From an uncultured delta proteobacterium (lineage in GTDB: Bacteria > Myxococcota_A > Polyangia > Fen-1088): DNA of 64,000 bases. The position numbers and the translations under genes were made by a program. How positions within the stretch are numbered: position 1 is the first letter of the stretch; the number at the start of each line of letters is the position of its first letter. Shown here in pieces: positions 47,934-58,580 of this stretch. The stretch covers positions 256,001 through 320,000 of the forward strand of contig CAWCMR010000015.1 in NCBI GenBank assembly GCA_963796685.1, given 5' to 3'. Under the pieces are notes generated by a model. That model saw nothing but the letters and a program-made list of their open reading frames with translations, was not told where the DNA came from and did no database searches.

Positions 47934-49754
47934 ATGCCCGACAAAGATCCGCTCAACATCTCTGGACAGATTGTTGCCGAGAAGTATCGCATCGAGCATC
48001 TCGTCGGTGAGGGCGGCTTCGCCGTGGTGTACCTGGCCGAGCACACGATCTGGAAGCAACCGGTGGCCGTGAAATTCTTCAGCGGTCTTTCGCAAGCCCC
48101 CGCCGAATATCGTGACGAGCTGCTGCATCAGTTCTTCCAGGAGGGTGCTCTTCTGACCGAGCTGTCGAGCCAGACCGCGGGGATCGTGCAGGCGCGGGAC
48201 GTGGGTGCCTACACCACGCGCGCCGGCCAGTGGCTGCCCTTCATGGTCCTCGAGTGGCTCGACGGCACGCCCCTCGACGCCATCCTGGCAGAGGATCAGC
48301 GCCTGGAGAAGCCGTGGACAGAGGGCGAAACGGTGGGGTTCTTGCGGCGAATCTTGCCCATTCTCGACGTGGCCCATCGGCGAGGGATCACCCACCGCGA
48401 CATCAAACCGGCAAACATCTTCGTCATGGGCGGCGAAGCGCGCGCTACGGACACACCCTGCAAGCTGCTCGATTTCGGCGTCGCCAAGATGGTCTCCGAC
48501 CACGCCAAGATCAACGCCGCGCTCGCCAAGACCGGCGTGGCCATTACCTCCTTCACGCCCCGCTATGGAGCGCCCGAGCAATTCACGCGAAGCTACGGCG
48601 CCACCGGGCCATGGACAGACGTGTACGCGGTGGCACTCCTGGCGTGCGAGATGCTCACGGGCCGGGCTGCGCTCGAGGGGAGCAATCTCGTCCAGTTCGG
48701 ATTCTCCTCGGCCAATCCCGCGCAACGCCCCACCCCTCGCTTCCTCGGAGCCCCCGTTTCAAGTCCTGTCGAGGCGGTGTTCGCCAAGGCCCTGGCGGTC
48801 CGACCGGAGGACCGCTTTCAGCACGCGGGAGAATTTCTCGAGAGTCTCGATCGCGGTGTCCCTTCACCAGCCCACCCGGCTCCATCGACCAGTTTGCAGC
48901 TCGCCGCCACGGTCCTGGTCCGGACCGAAGAACGCGCGATTGCTCCTGCGACGAGCAAGGCCGAGCCTCCGCTGGCGACGGAGGTCGGGCCTGCGCCTCC
49001 CGCGACGACCAAGGCCGAGCCTGCACCGCCTGCGACGACGAAGGCCGAGCGTCTACCGAAAGAAGGCAAATCCGGGGTGGGCTCCTTCATCCTCATCCTC
49101 GTCGTGCTCGTGGGCGGTTTCGTCGGCTACAGCACCACCGAGCTTCGGGGGGCAAGAGAGGTGCGTGAGCTCTTCTCTCCGGTGTTTCGCCTTGCCAGGA
49201 AAGAGGCAGCCCGGCAGCTTCCCAAGCTGCGGGAGAAAACCCGAAGGGTCATGGACGATGCCGCGGACATTCTGGCCGGAGCGGGCGGCCAGGCCGGAAC
49301 AGCGATCGCGTGCCCTCCCGGCACGCGACTCGTGACCTCGCTGCCAGTGCAAGGCGCGGTCGCCCCACCTGCCGAGCACGACCCGGGCGAACCGGTCTGT
49401 GTCGATGAGCATAGGGTCAGCGAAATCGACTACGAGGAGTGCCGCCTATGCGAGCAGCCGAGGCGCTCGCGGGCGAAGAGAAGGACCCGGGGGCACGCCG
49501 GATTCTGCTTCGACGGCAAGGCTCCCACGACCGATCCGATTCGATGTGTGTCCTGGAAGCAGGCAGACATCTATTGTGCAGCCCGCGGAGGCAGGCTTCC
49601 CACCGAAGGTGAGCTGCGCGCGCTGGCGCCGACGGTGACGATGGCGCCGATGGAGTGGACACAAGCGACGCCCGTGGCCGGTCGCGGAAAGCGGGGCCGC
49701 TTTCGCTGCGTTCGCGAGCAGGCGGGGCAGGGCGCTCCGATGCGGAAGCCGTGA
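47934..49754 (+). CDS. Membrane Ser/Thr protein kinase with short FGE-sulfatase-like extracellular domain
   Basis: GEGGFAVVY, VAVK, HRDIKPAN, DFG, APE and DVY; TM helix FILILVVLVGGFV; CVSWKQADIYCAARGGRLPTE. Confidence 0.88.
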   Translation: MPDKDPLNISGQIVAEKYRIEHLVGEGGFAVVYLAEHTIWKQPVAVKFFSGLSQAPAEYRDELLHQFFQEGALLTELSSQTAGIVQARDVGAYTTRAGQWLPFMVLEWLDGTPLDAILAEDQRLEKPWTEGETVGFLRRILPILDVAHRRGITHRDIKPANIFVMGGEARATDTPCKLLDFGVAKMVSDHAKINAALAKTGVAITSFTPRYGAPEQFTRSYGATGPWTDVYAVALLACEMLTGRAALEGSNLVQFGFSSANPAQRPTPRFLGAPVSSPVEAVFAKALAVRPEDRFQHAGEFLESLDRGVPSPAHPAPSTSLQLAATVLVRTEERAIAPATSKAEPPLATEVGPAPPATTKAEPAPPATTKAERLPKEGKSGVGSFILILVVLVGGFVGYSTTELRGAREVRELFSPVFRLARKEAARQLPKLREKTRRVMDDAADILAGAGGQAGTAIACPPGTRLVTSLPVQGAVAPPAEHDPGEPVCVDEHRVSEIDYEECRLCEQPRRSRAKRRTRGHAGFCFDGKAPTTDPIRCVSWKQADIYCAARGGRLPTEGELRALAPTVTMAPMEWTQATPVAGRGKRGRFRCVREQAGQGAPMRKP

Positions 49755-49903
49755 CGATGAAGCTCGTCATGGTCGTCCTCGCCTGAAGGCTTCTGCAATT
49801 CGGAGAACGCCAGTCCGAGAATGAACGACGGTGGCGGACGAGGACTTGCACCGGTCGCTTCGCCTGCCATAATTCGGGCATTTCCATTGGCAAGGAGGCG
49901 AAG

Positions 49904-50374
49904 ATGCGTGTTGCAGAACTGATGACCAAGCAAGTGGCGAGCTGCAAGCCGGAGGATCGTCTTAGCGCGGCGGCGAAGCTGATGTGGGATGCGGACTGCG
50001 GGGCCGTTCCCGTGGTGGGCTCCGACGGCAACGTGAAGGGCATGATTACCGACCGAGACATATGCATGGCGTGCTACACGCGCAACCAGGCACCCGGGAC
50101 CGTCTCGGTTCAGGAGGCCATGTCGCGGAAGCTGTACTTCTGCAAAACCAACAGCCAGGTCAGCGAAGCCGAGGACATCATGCGCACCAACCAGGTGAGA
50201 CGAATTCCGGTCGTCGACCAACAGGGCAGGCTGGCAGGCGTACTGTCGCTGGCCGACATCGCTCGGGAGGTAGAGCGCAGCCGCGGCAAGTCCTCGCAGG
50301 AGATCACCGCGGATGATGTCGCCTCGATTCTCGGCGGCATCAGTCGGCCGCAAGCGGCAATGCGTCCGCATTAG
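49904..50374 (+). CDS. CBS-domain pair protein
   Basis: MRVAELMT, DCGAVPVV, GMITDRDI and VRRIPVVD; SD AAGGAGG upstream. Confidence 0.9.
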   Translation: MRVAELMTKQVASCKPEDRLSAAAKLMWDADCGAVPVVGSDGNVKGMITDRDICMACYTRNQAPGTVSVQEAMSRKLYFCKTNSQVSEAEDIMRTNQVRRIPVVDQQGRLAGVLSLADIAREVERSRGKSSQEITADDVASILGGISRPQAAMRPH

Positions 50375-50661
50375 GCGCAAGCAGCCAAGCTGTGTGCGCA
50401 GATAGCTCGTAGAAACGTACAGACAATACCGACGGTCGTTCGGGCGCAGTCGCCGCCGGCCGTCGGCGGTGCGACAGGGGTTCGCACTGCTTTGCCGAAA
50501 ATCGGGCTGGAAATGCGGATTTGGTGCGTCGGATGCGAGTATTCCTGCGCGTCAGGCTGTATACTCTGCTTGATTTGAGTGTGGGCAGCGCCTCGGGCAA
50601 CATCCTGCCGAGGGTTCTTCGTGAGCTTTCGGGGGAATTGCACGGGACGAAGGAACCCGTC

Positions 50662-52191
50662 ATGAAGCATCAAAAGCAGTACGAATCGGCCTTCGGGTCT
50701 CGCGCGATCCTTGCAGCGTTTCTGTCGAGTGGGTTGGTGGTCGCGTGCTCCAGTGCCAAGGGCTCCGGCGGTTCGCCGCCTGGAACCGGTGGTGCGTCCG
50801 CTGGCACCGGCGGAGAACACCCGCAGCCGTCCGCCGGGGCCGGCGGTGCCGGAGGCGCGCGAGCAACCACCGCCGACGCGGCGGACACCGGGGGCGTGTC
50901 GGGAACGGGTGGGCTCGGCAGCGGGGGCGCGGGTCTGGGCGGTCAAGCAGGCCTGGGCGGAACACCCGATGCGGCTTCGAGTGGCGCCGGCGGCGGCACC
51001 GGTGGCGGCGGGTCGCAGGCCCTGTTCGATGCGGGCAGCAGCGATGTCGCGATCGGGGCCGATGTCGGCGCGCCTGACGGGGTCGGCAAGTCTGCCGGTT
51101 TTCTCCATGTCGATGGCAGCAAGCTGGTGGATTCCCATGGTAACAGCGTGCGCTTGACCGGCGTCAATTGGTTCGGGCTCGAGACCAACAACCAGGAGCC
51201 GCACGGAATCTGGGTGCGCGACTACCGCAGCATGGTGAAGCAGATCGCCGACCTGGGTTTCAACGCAATCCGCTTGCCATTTTCCAATCAAATCCTGCGC
51301 AGTGATGCCAAGGCATCCGACTCTGGCGGCTTCGGCAGCTCGGGTCCTGACGCCTACGACGGCACCAACCCCATCAACGCGGCATTGGTTGGCAAGTCAC
51401 CCCTCGAAATCATGGACAAGGTGATCGAGGCGGCCGGGGAATTCGGCGTGAAGATCATCTTGGACGACCATTCGCGCGAACCGGACGGCTACATGAACGA
51501 GCAGGTCTGGTACACCGACAAGACGCCGGAAAAGCAATGGATCGACGACTGGATCTCCCTGGCCAAGCGTTACGCCGGTAACACCACCGTGGTGGCGGCC
51601 GACTTGGACAACGAGCCGCACGGCATCGCCTCGTGGGGGACGGGCGACGCGACCACCGATTGGAACAGCGCTGCCGAGAGATGCGGCAATGCCATCCTGG
51701 CCGCCAACCCCGACTGGGTCATTGTCGTCGAGGGCGTGGAGAAGGTCGGCAGTGATGGCTATTGGTGGGGCGGGAACCTGAGCGGCGCGAAAGACTATCC
51801 CATCAAGTTGTCGGATCCGAGCAAGCTGATGTATTCGGCACACGAGTATGGTCCGGAGGTACACGACCAACCTTGGTTCAGCGACGCCAATTTTCCCGGC
51901 AATTTAGCCTCGGTGTGGACGACCCATTTCGACTTCATCATGCAACAGAACCTCGGCCACATCCTGCTTGGCGAGTTCGGAATCAAAGATCGCACTGCCG
52001 ATGGGGGCAGGTCCGGCCAATGGTTCGACACCGTGTTGTCGAAGCTGGGCAAGACCTATTCATGGACCTTCTGGTGTTGGAACCCCAACTCGGGCGACAC
52101 GGAAGGCCTGCTCGCCTACGACTGGGTCACGCCCGTGCAGTGGAAGATCGACGCGCTCAAGCCGGCCATGGCGCCCATGATCGGCAAGTAA
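50662..52191 (+). CDS. GH5 endoglucanase lipoprotein with Gly-rich stalk
   Basis: VVAC lipobox; GVNWFGLET, NEPH (acid/base), WWGGNL, YSAHEYG, GEFG (nucleophile) and WCWNPNSGDT. Confidence 0.92.
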   Translation: MKHQKQYESAFGSRAILAAFLSSGLVVACSSAKGSGGSPPGTGGASAGTGGEHPQPSAGAGGAGGARATTADAADTGGVSGTGGLGSGGAGLGGQAGLGGTPDAASSGAGGGTGGGGSQALFDAGSSDVAIGADVGAPDGVGKSAGFLHVDGSKLVDSHGNSVRLTGVNWFGLETNNQEPHGIWVRDYRSMVKQIADLGFNAIRLPFSNQILRSDAKASDSGGFGSSGPDAYDGTNPINAALVGKSPLEIMDKVIEAAGEFGVKIILDDHSREPDGYMNEQVWYTDKTPEKQWIDDWISLAKRYAGNTTVVAADLDNEPHGIASWGTGDATTDWNSAAERCGNAILAANPDWVIVVEGVEKVGSDGYWWGGNLSGAKDYPIKLSDPSKLMYSAHEYGPEVHDQPWFSDANFPGNLASVWTTHFDFIMQQNLGHILLGEFGIKDRTADGGRSGQWFDTVLSKLGKTYSWTFWCWNPNSGDTEGLLAYDWVTPVQWKIDALKPAMAPMIGK

Positions 52192-52243
52192 CGCCAGGCA
52201 AGTACGCCACAAGAAGGGCGGAACAGCCTAGCCCCATGTGCGG

Positions 52244-54118
52244 TTACTTGGCGACCGCGTGCACCAGCGGCGGCGTAATGCGATCCGCTCGGTAGACGCC
52301 GGTACTGGGGGGAAGGCGGAATTCCCACACCACCTTGCCATCGGCCTTGGTCACCTCGAAGACGCGTGCATCACCGGCATTCGCGCCCAACGACCCCGCG
52401 GTGATCAGCACGTTGCCGTTGGCAAGCCGATCGGCGTCGCCGAAGTAGGCCGTGTACCAGGTGTTCTTGTACCAGGTGTCGACGCTGAACGTGCCCGGGA
52501 ACTCCCAATCGAGAGTCGCGGTCTTGGCGTTCTCGTCGACCTTGTACTCCACCGCGCGGGAGTGGTAGGTGGTCGTCGAACCGCCCGGAAAACCGGACGT
52601 CGCGTAGCCGCCATTGTCGAAGAACAGGATGGTGCCGTCGTCGTGGATCTCGGGATCGTGGGTATCACTGTACTGCGATGTCGTGGGTGAGAACGTCAGG
52701 GTGCCGGTCGCCCCGCCGTGGCTGGCGGCCAGGTGCCAGATGAGCGAGCCCGGGTTCTTGTAGCTGGTCTTGATGAGCCCCATCCACCGACAGTTCGCGT
52801 AGACCACATCCTTGGCAATGTCGACACTGATGAAGTTGCCGTGGCACCAGTCGCCCGACGCTCCCGAGGGCATGGGCACGAGCTTGCCGTAGTCCAAGGA
52901 CCACACCACCTTGCCGCTGGCGTCGAGCTCCTCGAACACCGGAGACTGGTTCCCGCCGAAGCCGCTGCTCCCGCTGGTCACCCAGCGGTTGACGACGTGG
53001 TCGCCATTCGAAAGCTTGATGGCGTCATGGGTCAGCTCACCGGTGCCGCCGCACAACGGATCCTTGCACTCCCAAAGGGTGTTGCCCGCGAAATCGACCT
53101 CACGCGGCGATTCGCCGGTACCGGTGGTCTGACCTACGACCGGGCCGATGAACACGCCCTGGTCGGTCAGGTAGGTGGCGATGGCGCCGCCAAAGTCATT
53201 GGTCGTGCCATCGATGTAGTACCAAACCGGTTGGCCGGTAGCATCGAACATCACGGCTGCGGCCGGGTAGTTGGATATGGGCGCGGTGGCGCTGCTGCCT
53301 ACGACGATGTTCGTGAGCGTCCAGCCCGGCTGCGACTTGGTCGTGTCGTTGATGGTGACATCGGCGACCGGGATCTGGGTCGGCAGGATCCCCGTCTTGA
53401 AGGTCCCGGTCGCACTGCCGGTACAACCGCTGGCGGAGGACATGGCCTTGATCTGGTAGCTCGTGTTGGCGTGCATGCCGATGACCAGCACCTTGTGACT
53501 GGTGACGGCCGTGGAATCGGAGATCTCCCAGTCGTAGCTGCTCTCGCCGAACTGGACCGTCGAGTCGGCCGGCTTGTCAGTCGTCCAGCTCACGAACGCG
53601 GACAGCACATTCTTGGCGTTCGCATCGACCTTCATGCCGGTGACGGTTATCGGGGTGGTGCACGTGCCCGAGCCGCCGCCGCCCGAGCCGGCCCCGCCTC
53701 CAGTTCCGCCGGCCCCTCCAACTCCACCCGAAGACTGGACGCCACCACCACCCGAGCTTCCGCTGGCACCTCCGGAGGTCAGTCCTCCCGCGCCACTCTT
53801 CCCGCCGGAGCCGCTTTTTCCCCCCGAGCCGACGGTGCTGTCGCCGCCCGAGCCGCTCTTTCCGCCCGAGCCGACGGTGCTGTCGCCGCCCGAGCCGCTC
53901 TTTCCGCCCGAGCCGACGGTGCTGTCGCCGCCCTTGCCGCTCTTCCCGCCCGAGCCGGCACTAGCACCTCCCGCGCCACCTCCTTTGCTGCCTCCCGTGC
54001 CAGTCGTGCCGCCAGCGCCCTTGGTCGAGGTTTGTTTTTGGGCGCATGCTCCCAGAAGAAGGCATGACAGCGCCACGGAGACGAGAGATCGACACTTTAT
54101 GCCCTGTTGCATCATCAT
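52244..54118 (-). CDS. Arylsulfotransferase (ASST)-like lipoprotein with Gly-rich stalk and Fn3/Ig-like N-domain
   Basis: LGAC lipobox; THDAI, DWCHGN, THDPE, FFDNG and GDADRLANGNVLIT. Confidence 0.7.
   Translation of the reverse strand: MMMQQGIKCRSLVSVALSCLLLGACAQKQTSTKGAGGTTGTGGSKGGGAGGASAGSGGKSGKGGDSTVGSGGKSGSGGDSTVGSGGKSGSGGDSTVGSGGKSGSGGKSGAGGLTSGGASGSSGGGGVQSSGGVGGAGGTGGGAGSGGGGSGTCTTPITVTGMKVDANAKNVLSAFVSWTTDKPADSTVQFGESSYDWEISDSTAVTSHKVLVIGMHANTSYQIKAMSSASGCTGSATGTFKTGILPTQIPVADVTINDTTKSQPGWTLTNIVVGSSATAPISNYPAAAVMFDATGQPVWYYIDGTTNDFGGAIATYLTDQGVFIGPVVGQTTGTGESPREVDFAGNTLWECKDPLCGGTGELTHDAIKLSNGDHVVNRWVTSGSSGFGGNQSPVFEELDASGKVVWSLDYGKLVPMPSGASGDWCHGNFISVDIAKDVVYANCRWMGLIKTSYKNPGSLIWHLAASHGGATGTLTFSPTTSQYSDTHDPEIHDDGTILFFDNGGYATSGFPGGSTTTYHSRAVEYKVDENAKTATLDWEFPGTFSVDTWYKNTWYTAYFGDADRLANGNVLITAGSLGANAGDARVFEVTKADGKVVWEFRLPPSTGVYRADRITPPLVHAVAK
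53823..53957. repeat. 42-bp coding tandem repeat (about 3 copies; GGKSGSGGDSTVGS)
   Basis: CCCGAGCCGACGGTGCTGTCGCCGCCCGAGCCGCTCTTTCCG at 53823 and 53865, with a variant at 53907. Confidence 0.85.
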
Positions 54119-54235
54119 TTCCTGCCGCGAAGGAAGATTGTCTGATAACGCCGTTGCCGAGCACAAGAACCATCGGCCGAAGGCCGCCACTTTTTGGGCC
54201 TTGTCCTCACCTCCACGATGTCGCGCCTTGGTCGA

Positions 54236-54361
54236 CGGATCATGCCCTACCGCACGACGGACAACAGAATCGACGGAATCGTGATGACGTTTGCCGACAT
54301 CACGGCATCAAAGAGGCTGGAGACGGCATTGCGACAGAAGCAGGCAGGCCACTCAGCATGA
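54236..54361 (+). pseudogene. C-terminal PAS fragment of a CheB/CheR fusion protein (gene scar)
   Basis: RIMPYRTTDNRIDGIVMTFADITASKRLETALR...TGA; the rest of the gene is absent. Confidence 0.7.
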
Positions 54362-54385
54362 CCGCGACAGGCACGCGAGGGAGTG

Positions 54386-56602
54386 ATGAAGGAGAACAAG
54401 GGGCACCAGGGAGGGCCTGATGAGCTGCGGCGCCGGGCGGTGCAGAAGGCCCTGACGCTCCATCGCGAGCCCGATGCCGGCGAGCTGGCCATGCCGCCCG
54501 AGAAGCGGCGCCTGGTTCAGGAGCTGCAGGTTCACCAGATCGAATTGGAGCTCCAGAACGACGAGCTGCAGCGCGCTCGCGAGGAAACCGAGCAAGCGCT
54601 GGCACGCTACACCGACCTTTACGAGTTCGCCCCCGTCGGGTATCTGACCTTGGATCGCGGTGGGCTCATCCAGCAAGTCAATCTCTCGGGCGCGCGCCTG
54701 GTAGGCGTGGAGCGCGGACGCTTGGTCGGGATGCGACTGTCGGTCTTGATTTCAGCGGAAAGCCGGCGACCTTTCGAGGCGCTGTTCGCCAAGGTGTTCG
54801 AGAGCCGCACCAAGCAGTCCTGTGAAGTGGTCATGCGATGGGGGGAAAAGGAGCCTGTCACCGTGGAAATCGTGGCCCAGGTCTCCGAGGACGGGCAAGC
54901 GTGCCGCATCATCGCCGCCGACATCAGCGAGCGAAAACGTGCCCAGGAAATCCTGTCCATCCACTTGCAGCTCCAGCAGTTTGCCCTGGTGCACTCGCGT
55001 GCCGAGCTGCTGCGAAGAGTGCTCGATGAAATCGAGCGCATGACCGGTGGTGGGGTGGGCGTATGCTACTCGCTTGCCGATGACCAGCGTGTCCTCGTGC
55101 GCGAAGCATGGTCCACGAGCACGCAGGGCAAACTGCAGGGGGTTCAAGCAGACGTCCAGCGTTGCGCCTTGGCAGACGCCGGTGTCTGGGCCGACTGTGT
55201 GAGCCAACGCCGTTCGGTGGTCTACAACGACAACGCTTGGCCGTCGGAGAAGATGGGCCTCCCCGAGCTTCGCATCCACGTGCTGCGTGTATTGGTGGTG
55301 CCGATTCTGCGTGTCGGTCAGGTCGTCGCGCTCGTGGGCGTCGCCAACAAAGCGACCGATTTCACCCAGGACGACGTCAAGACGGTCGACTATTTGGCAG
55401 ACGTGGCATGGGAGATCGCCGAGCACAAGAAGGCGGCGGACGAGCGTAGGGATCTGCAACTGCAGCTGCAACTTGCCGAATCGCAGAAGATGGAGGCCAT
55501 CGGCACGCTCGCGGGGGGGATCGCCCACGACTTCAACAACATCCTCGCCGGCCTTCTGGGCGGGCTCACGTTGCTCGATATCGAGCTGCAACCGACCAAC
55601 GAGAACCACGGCTTCATTCAGGACATGATGGACCTGGTCACCCGAGGTTCGGATCTGACCAGGCAGCTTCTCGGGTTTGCCCGCCGGGGCAAGTACGACG
55701 TAAGGCCTCTCGACCTGGCTCGTGTGGTGGCGAAGACAAGTGCCATGTTCGGGCGCACGCGAAAGGAAGTGTCCATCCACCTCGACTTTCCCCCTGGGTT
55801 GATGGCGGTGCTCATGGACCACACGCAGATCGAGCAGGTGTTGCTCAACCTCTTCCTGAACGCCGCACAAGCCATGCCCCACGGTGGCACGCTGGAGGTG
55901 CGTGCCGAGAATGCGGATCTCAGCGACTCGACCACGCGCCCGAGTGCGCTTGGGCCCGGCCCCTTCGTCAAGCTGGCGGTTCAAGACACGGGGGTCGGCA
56001 TGGACGCCGCGACCCAAGCACGGATCTTCGAGCCCTTTTTCACGACCAAGGAGCCGGGCAAGGGCACCGGGCTCGGGCTCGCCTCGGTGTACGGCATCGT
56101 CAGGAGTCACGGCGGCTTCATCACCGTCGACAGCGCCCTCGGGAAGGGCACGACTTTCTCGGTCTATTTGCCGGGGACGGATCTTCCCACCAGCGAGGAG
56201 AAGACCCCGGCGGCGGTGATCGAGCGAGGCGTGGGCACCATCCTGGTCGTGGACGACGAGCCGCACATCCTGGATGTGCTCACCCGCGTGCTGAAGAAGA
56301 TCGGCTATGAGGTTTTGGCCGCGTCTGGCGGACGCCAGGCCGTCGAGATGGTGCGCCAGCACGGCGCCAGTATTTCACTGGTCATCCTCGACATGATCAT
56401 GCCCGAGATGAGCGGCAGCCAGACCTACGATGCGCTTCGCGAGGTCATGCCGAACGTCAAGGTGTTGGTGTCGAGCGGCTACAGCATCGACGAACAAGCC
56501 CGGGAAATGCTCGCGCGCGGTTGCAAGGGATTCATCAAGAAACCCTTCGATATCGCGACCCTGTCATCGAAGTTGAGGGCGCTGTCGCAGCAGCAAGGAT
56601 GA
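54386..56602 (+). CDS. Hybrid histidine kinase (PAS-GAF-HisKA-HATPase-REC)
   Basis: ELQVHQIELELQNDEL, YTDLYEFAPVGY, AHDFNN, GKGTGLGL and ILVVDDE...LDMIMP. Confidence 0.92.
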   Translation: MKENKGHQGGPDELRRRAVQKALTLHREPDAGELAMPPEKRRLVQELQVHQIELELQNDELQRAREETEQALARYTDLYEFAPVGYLTLDRGGLIQQVNLSGARLVGVERGRLVGMRLSVLISAESRRPFEALFAKVFESRTKQSCEVVMRWGEKEPVTVEIVAQVSEDGQACRIIAADISERKRAQEILSIHLQLQQFALVHSRAELLRRVLDEIERMTGGGVGVCYSLADDQRVLVREAWSTSTQGKLQGVQADVQRCALADAGVWADCVSQRRSVVYNDNAWPSEKMGLPELRIHVLRVLVVPILRVGQVVALVGVANKATDFTQDDVKTVDYLADVAWEIAEHKKAADERRDLQLQLQLAESQKMEAIGTLAGGIAHDFNNILAGLLGGLTLLDIELQPTNENHGFIQDMMDLVTRGSDLTRQLLGFARRGKYDVRPLDLARVVAKTSAMFGRTRKEVSIHLDFPPGLMAVLMDHTQIEQVLLNLFLNAAQAMPHGGTLEVRAENADLSDSTTRPSALGPGPFVKLAVQDTGVGMDAATQARIFEPFFTTKEPGKGTGLGLASVYGIVRSHGGFITVDSALGKGTTFSVYLPGTDLPTSEEKTPAAVIERGVGTILVVDDEPHILDVLTRVLKKIGYEVLAASGGRQAVEMVRQHGASISLVILDMIMPEMSGSQTYDALREVMPNVKVLVSSGYSIDEQAREMLARGCKGFIKKPFDIATLSSKLRALSQQQG

Positions 56603-56675
56603 CCCGCCAGCGGCCAGCCGCCCCCTTGGCGGGCTCGTCGTCCGAGGGCCGTTTTCGGCCTGAGGCTCGATTGCG

Positions 56676-58580
56676 CTAAGGCCCGTCAACGCCCCCGTCG
56701 ATCCCACCCGCCTCGGTTTCGGTGTTCGCGTCGGGTTCGGTGTCCGGGCCGGCGTCGATGCCGGCATCCGGTGGGACGTAGCCGGGAGGGAAGAGCTGGC
56801 TTGCCGGGACGACCTCCTCGGGTTGACAGGGCGAGAACCAAAGCAACTTGATGAGGGCGTTCTCGAGATTCTCGTGGAACTCCAGCTTGATGTCGTAGAG
56901 CTGCCCCGCGACCAGGTACGCCAGTCCCCCGTCCTCCGCGGCTTGGTGATCGACGTAGTCGTCGATGATGAGCTGTCCGTCGATCCACAGGCGCACACCA
57001 TCGTCCGACCAGGTGCGGAAGGTCGTGCCTCCCGTGTAGCGGGCGAGGAGCTTTCCCGTCCAGCGCACGGAAAAGGTATCGGCCCCGACGGCGGGGTCGG
57101 GCGCGCCCATCCCCCAGTCGAAATTAATCGTCTCCGCCGCGTGGGTGGCCGCGAGACTCGTGAAATCGGGGTTGTCGTAGTAGTCGCCGCGCAATCCTAT
57201 ACCGGTGCCCGTCACGGGAACGGAGCAGTCCATGCCGGTGTAGGACGGGTAGAGCTGTGTCGTCGGAACGATCTCCTTGGCCTGGCAGGAACCGCCCCAC
57301 AGCAGCTGGACTTGGCCGCCGCCGCTTTGCTCGTAGTATTCGAGCCTGAGGTTGTAGGTCTGGCCCGCGGTGGTGGCGAAGGTGGCCACATCCTCGGTGG
57401 TCGCGTGCGCGGTCCAGTCGTCAAAGGCCAGAGCGTCGTTGACGAACAGCCGTGCGCCACCGTGGGAGGCCACGTAGAACGTGGTGAATCCCATGTACCG
57501 AGCTTGCACCTGGCCGGTCCAGAGCGCGGAATAGTTGCCGGGTGCAATCGCCGGGTCTGGAGAGGTTCCGTCCGGCCATACGAAGGAGATCGTCGGGTCG
57601 GTGCGGGTCACCTGCAGACTGGTGAGGTCTTGGTTGTCGAAGTACTGCCCCACCAGGCCGCTGCCGGTGCCGATCGCGGGAGTGGGGCATGCGGCGGGGG
57701 GACTGTAAAGTTGGCTCTGCGGAATGATCTCGCGCGCCTGGCACGGGCTCGACCAGGCGAGTTGCGCGCTGGCGAGCTGGGCCGCTTCGTAGTACTCCAT
57801 CTTGAGGTCGTACTTCTGACCCGCCACCAGATCGACCGTTCCGGAGCTCTCGGTGGCCATGTGGTCGTTCCAATCATCGATGATCAGGCTGCCGTGGATC
57901 CACAGCCGGACCCCGTCGTCCGTGGTGGTGTAGAAGGTGTAGCGACCCGAGAAGCGCGGCTGCACTTGCCCGGTCCAGCGCACGGAGAATCCGTCGGCGG
58001 GCAGTCCCATGTCCGGGGCGCCAGACCCCCAGTCGTAATCGATGGTGGCGTCGATGCGCGAGAGCACCTGGCCGGTCAGCGACGACGTCGCGAAGTAGTC
58101 GCCCTGCAGGCCGTTGCCCGTGCCTTGGATTCCGGGCGGGGAGCACCCGGACGGATTGGTCGTAGCGTCCCCAACCATCGGGACATCCGTGGCCGCATCG
58201 TGGCCTACGCCGCCCTGACCAGTCGTGCCACCTGCGGGTGTCGAGCCGCCGGTGCTTGCGCCGGATTGGCCGCCGTTGCCGGGTGAGCCACCCGCGTTCG
58301 GCGCGTCCCCCGCGTTCGGTACCCCGCCGTCGGCGCCGCCCCCTCCGGTGCCGGCTGCTCCCCCCGCCGCCTTTAGGCCGCCGCCACTTCCTCCCTGGCT
58401 TCCACCCGCGCCGATGGAGCCACCGGACGGGCCGGCATCGCCGAAGCGGCCACCGGTATTCGTCCCGGTTGCACCGCCCGCGGCGACCCTTCGGTCACCG
58501 ATCCCGGCAACCATTTCACAAGCCGACGACGCCAGGGCGAGAAGCACCAGCGCGGAAAGCGGTCGCACGGCTGTCACCAC
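56676..58580 (-). CDS. Lipoprotein with Gly-rich stalk and three tandem PA14 domains
   Basis: ASSAC lipobox; three repeats of GLxGxY(F/Y)...SxxWTG...DDG/HGG.RL...EIIP.xQL. Confidence 0.85.
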   Translation of the reverse strand: MVTAVRPLSALVLLALASSACEMVAGIGDRRVAAGGATGTNTGGRFGDAGPSGGSIGAGGSQGGSGGGLKAAGGAAGTGGGGADGGVPNAGDAPNAGGSPGNGGQSGASTGGSTPAGGTTGQGGVGHDAATDVPMVGDATTNPSGCSPPGIQGTGNGLQGDYFATSSLTGQVLSRIDATIDYDWGSGAPDMGLPADGFSVRWTGQVQPRFSGRYTFYTTTDDGVRLWIHGSLIIDDWNDHMATESSGTVDLVAGQKYDLKMEYYEAAQLASAQLAWSSPCQAREIIPQSQLYSPPAACPTPAIGTGSGLVGQYFDNQDLTSLQVTRTDPTISFVWPDGTSPDPAIAPGNYSALWTGQVQARYMGFTTFYVASHGGARLFVNDALAFDDWTAHATTEDVATFATTAGQTYNLRLEYYEQSGGGQVQLLWGGSCQAKEIVPTTQLYPSYTGMDCSVPVTGTGIGLRGDYYDNPDFTSLAATHAAETINFDWGMGAPDPAVGADTFSVRWTGKLLARYTGGTTFRTWSDDGVRLWIDGQLIIDDYVDHQAAEDGGLAYLVAGQLYDIKLEFHENLENALIKLLWFSPCQPEEVVPASQLFPPGYVPPDAGIDAGPDTEPDANTETEAGGIDGGVDGP

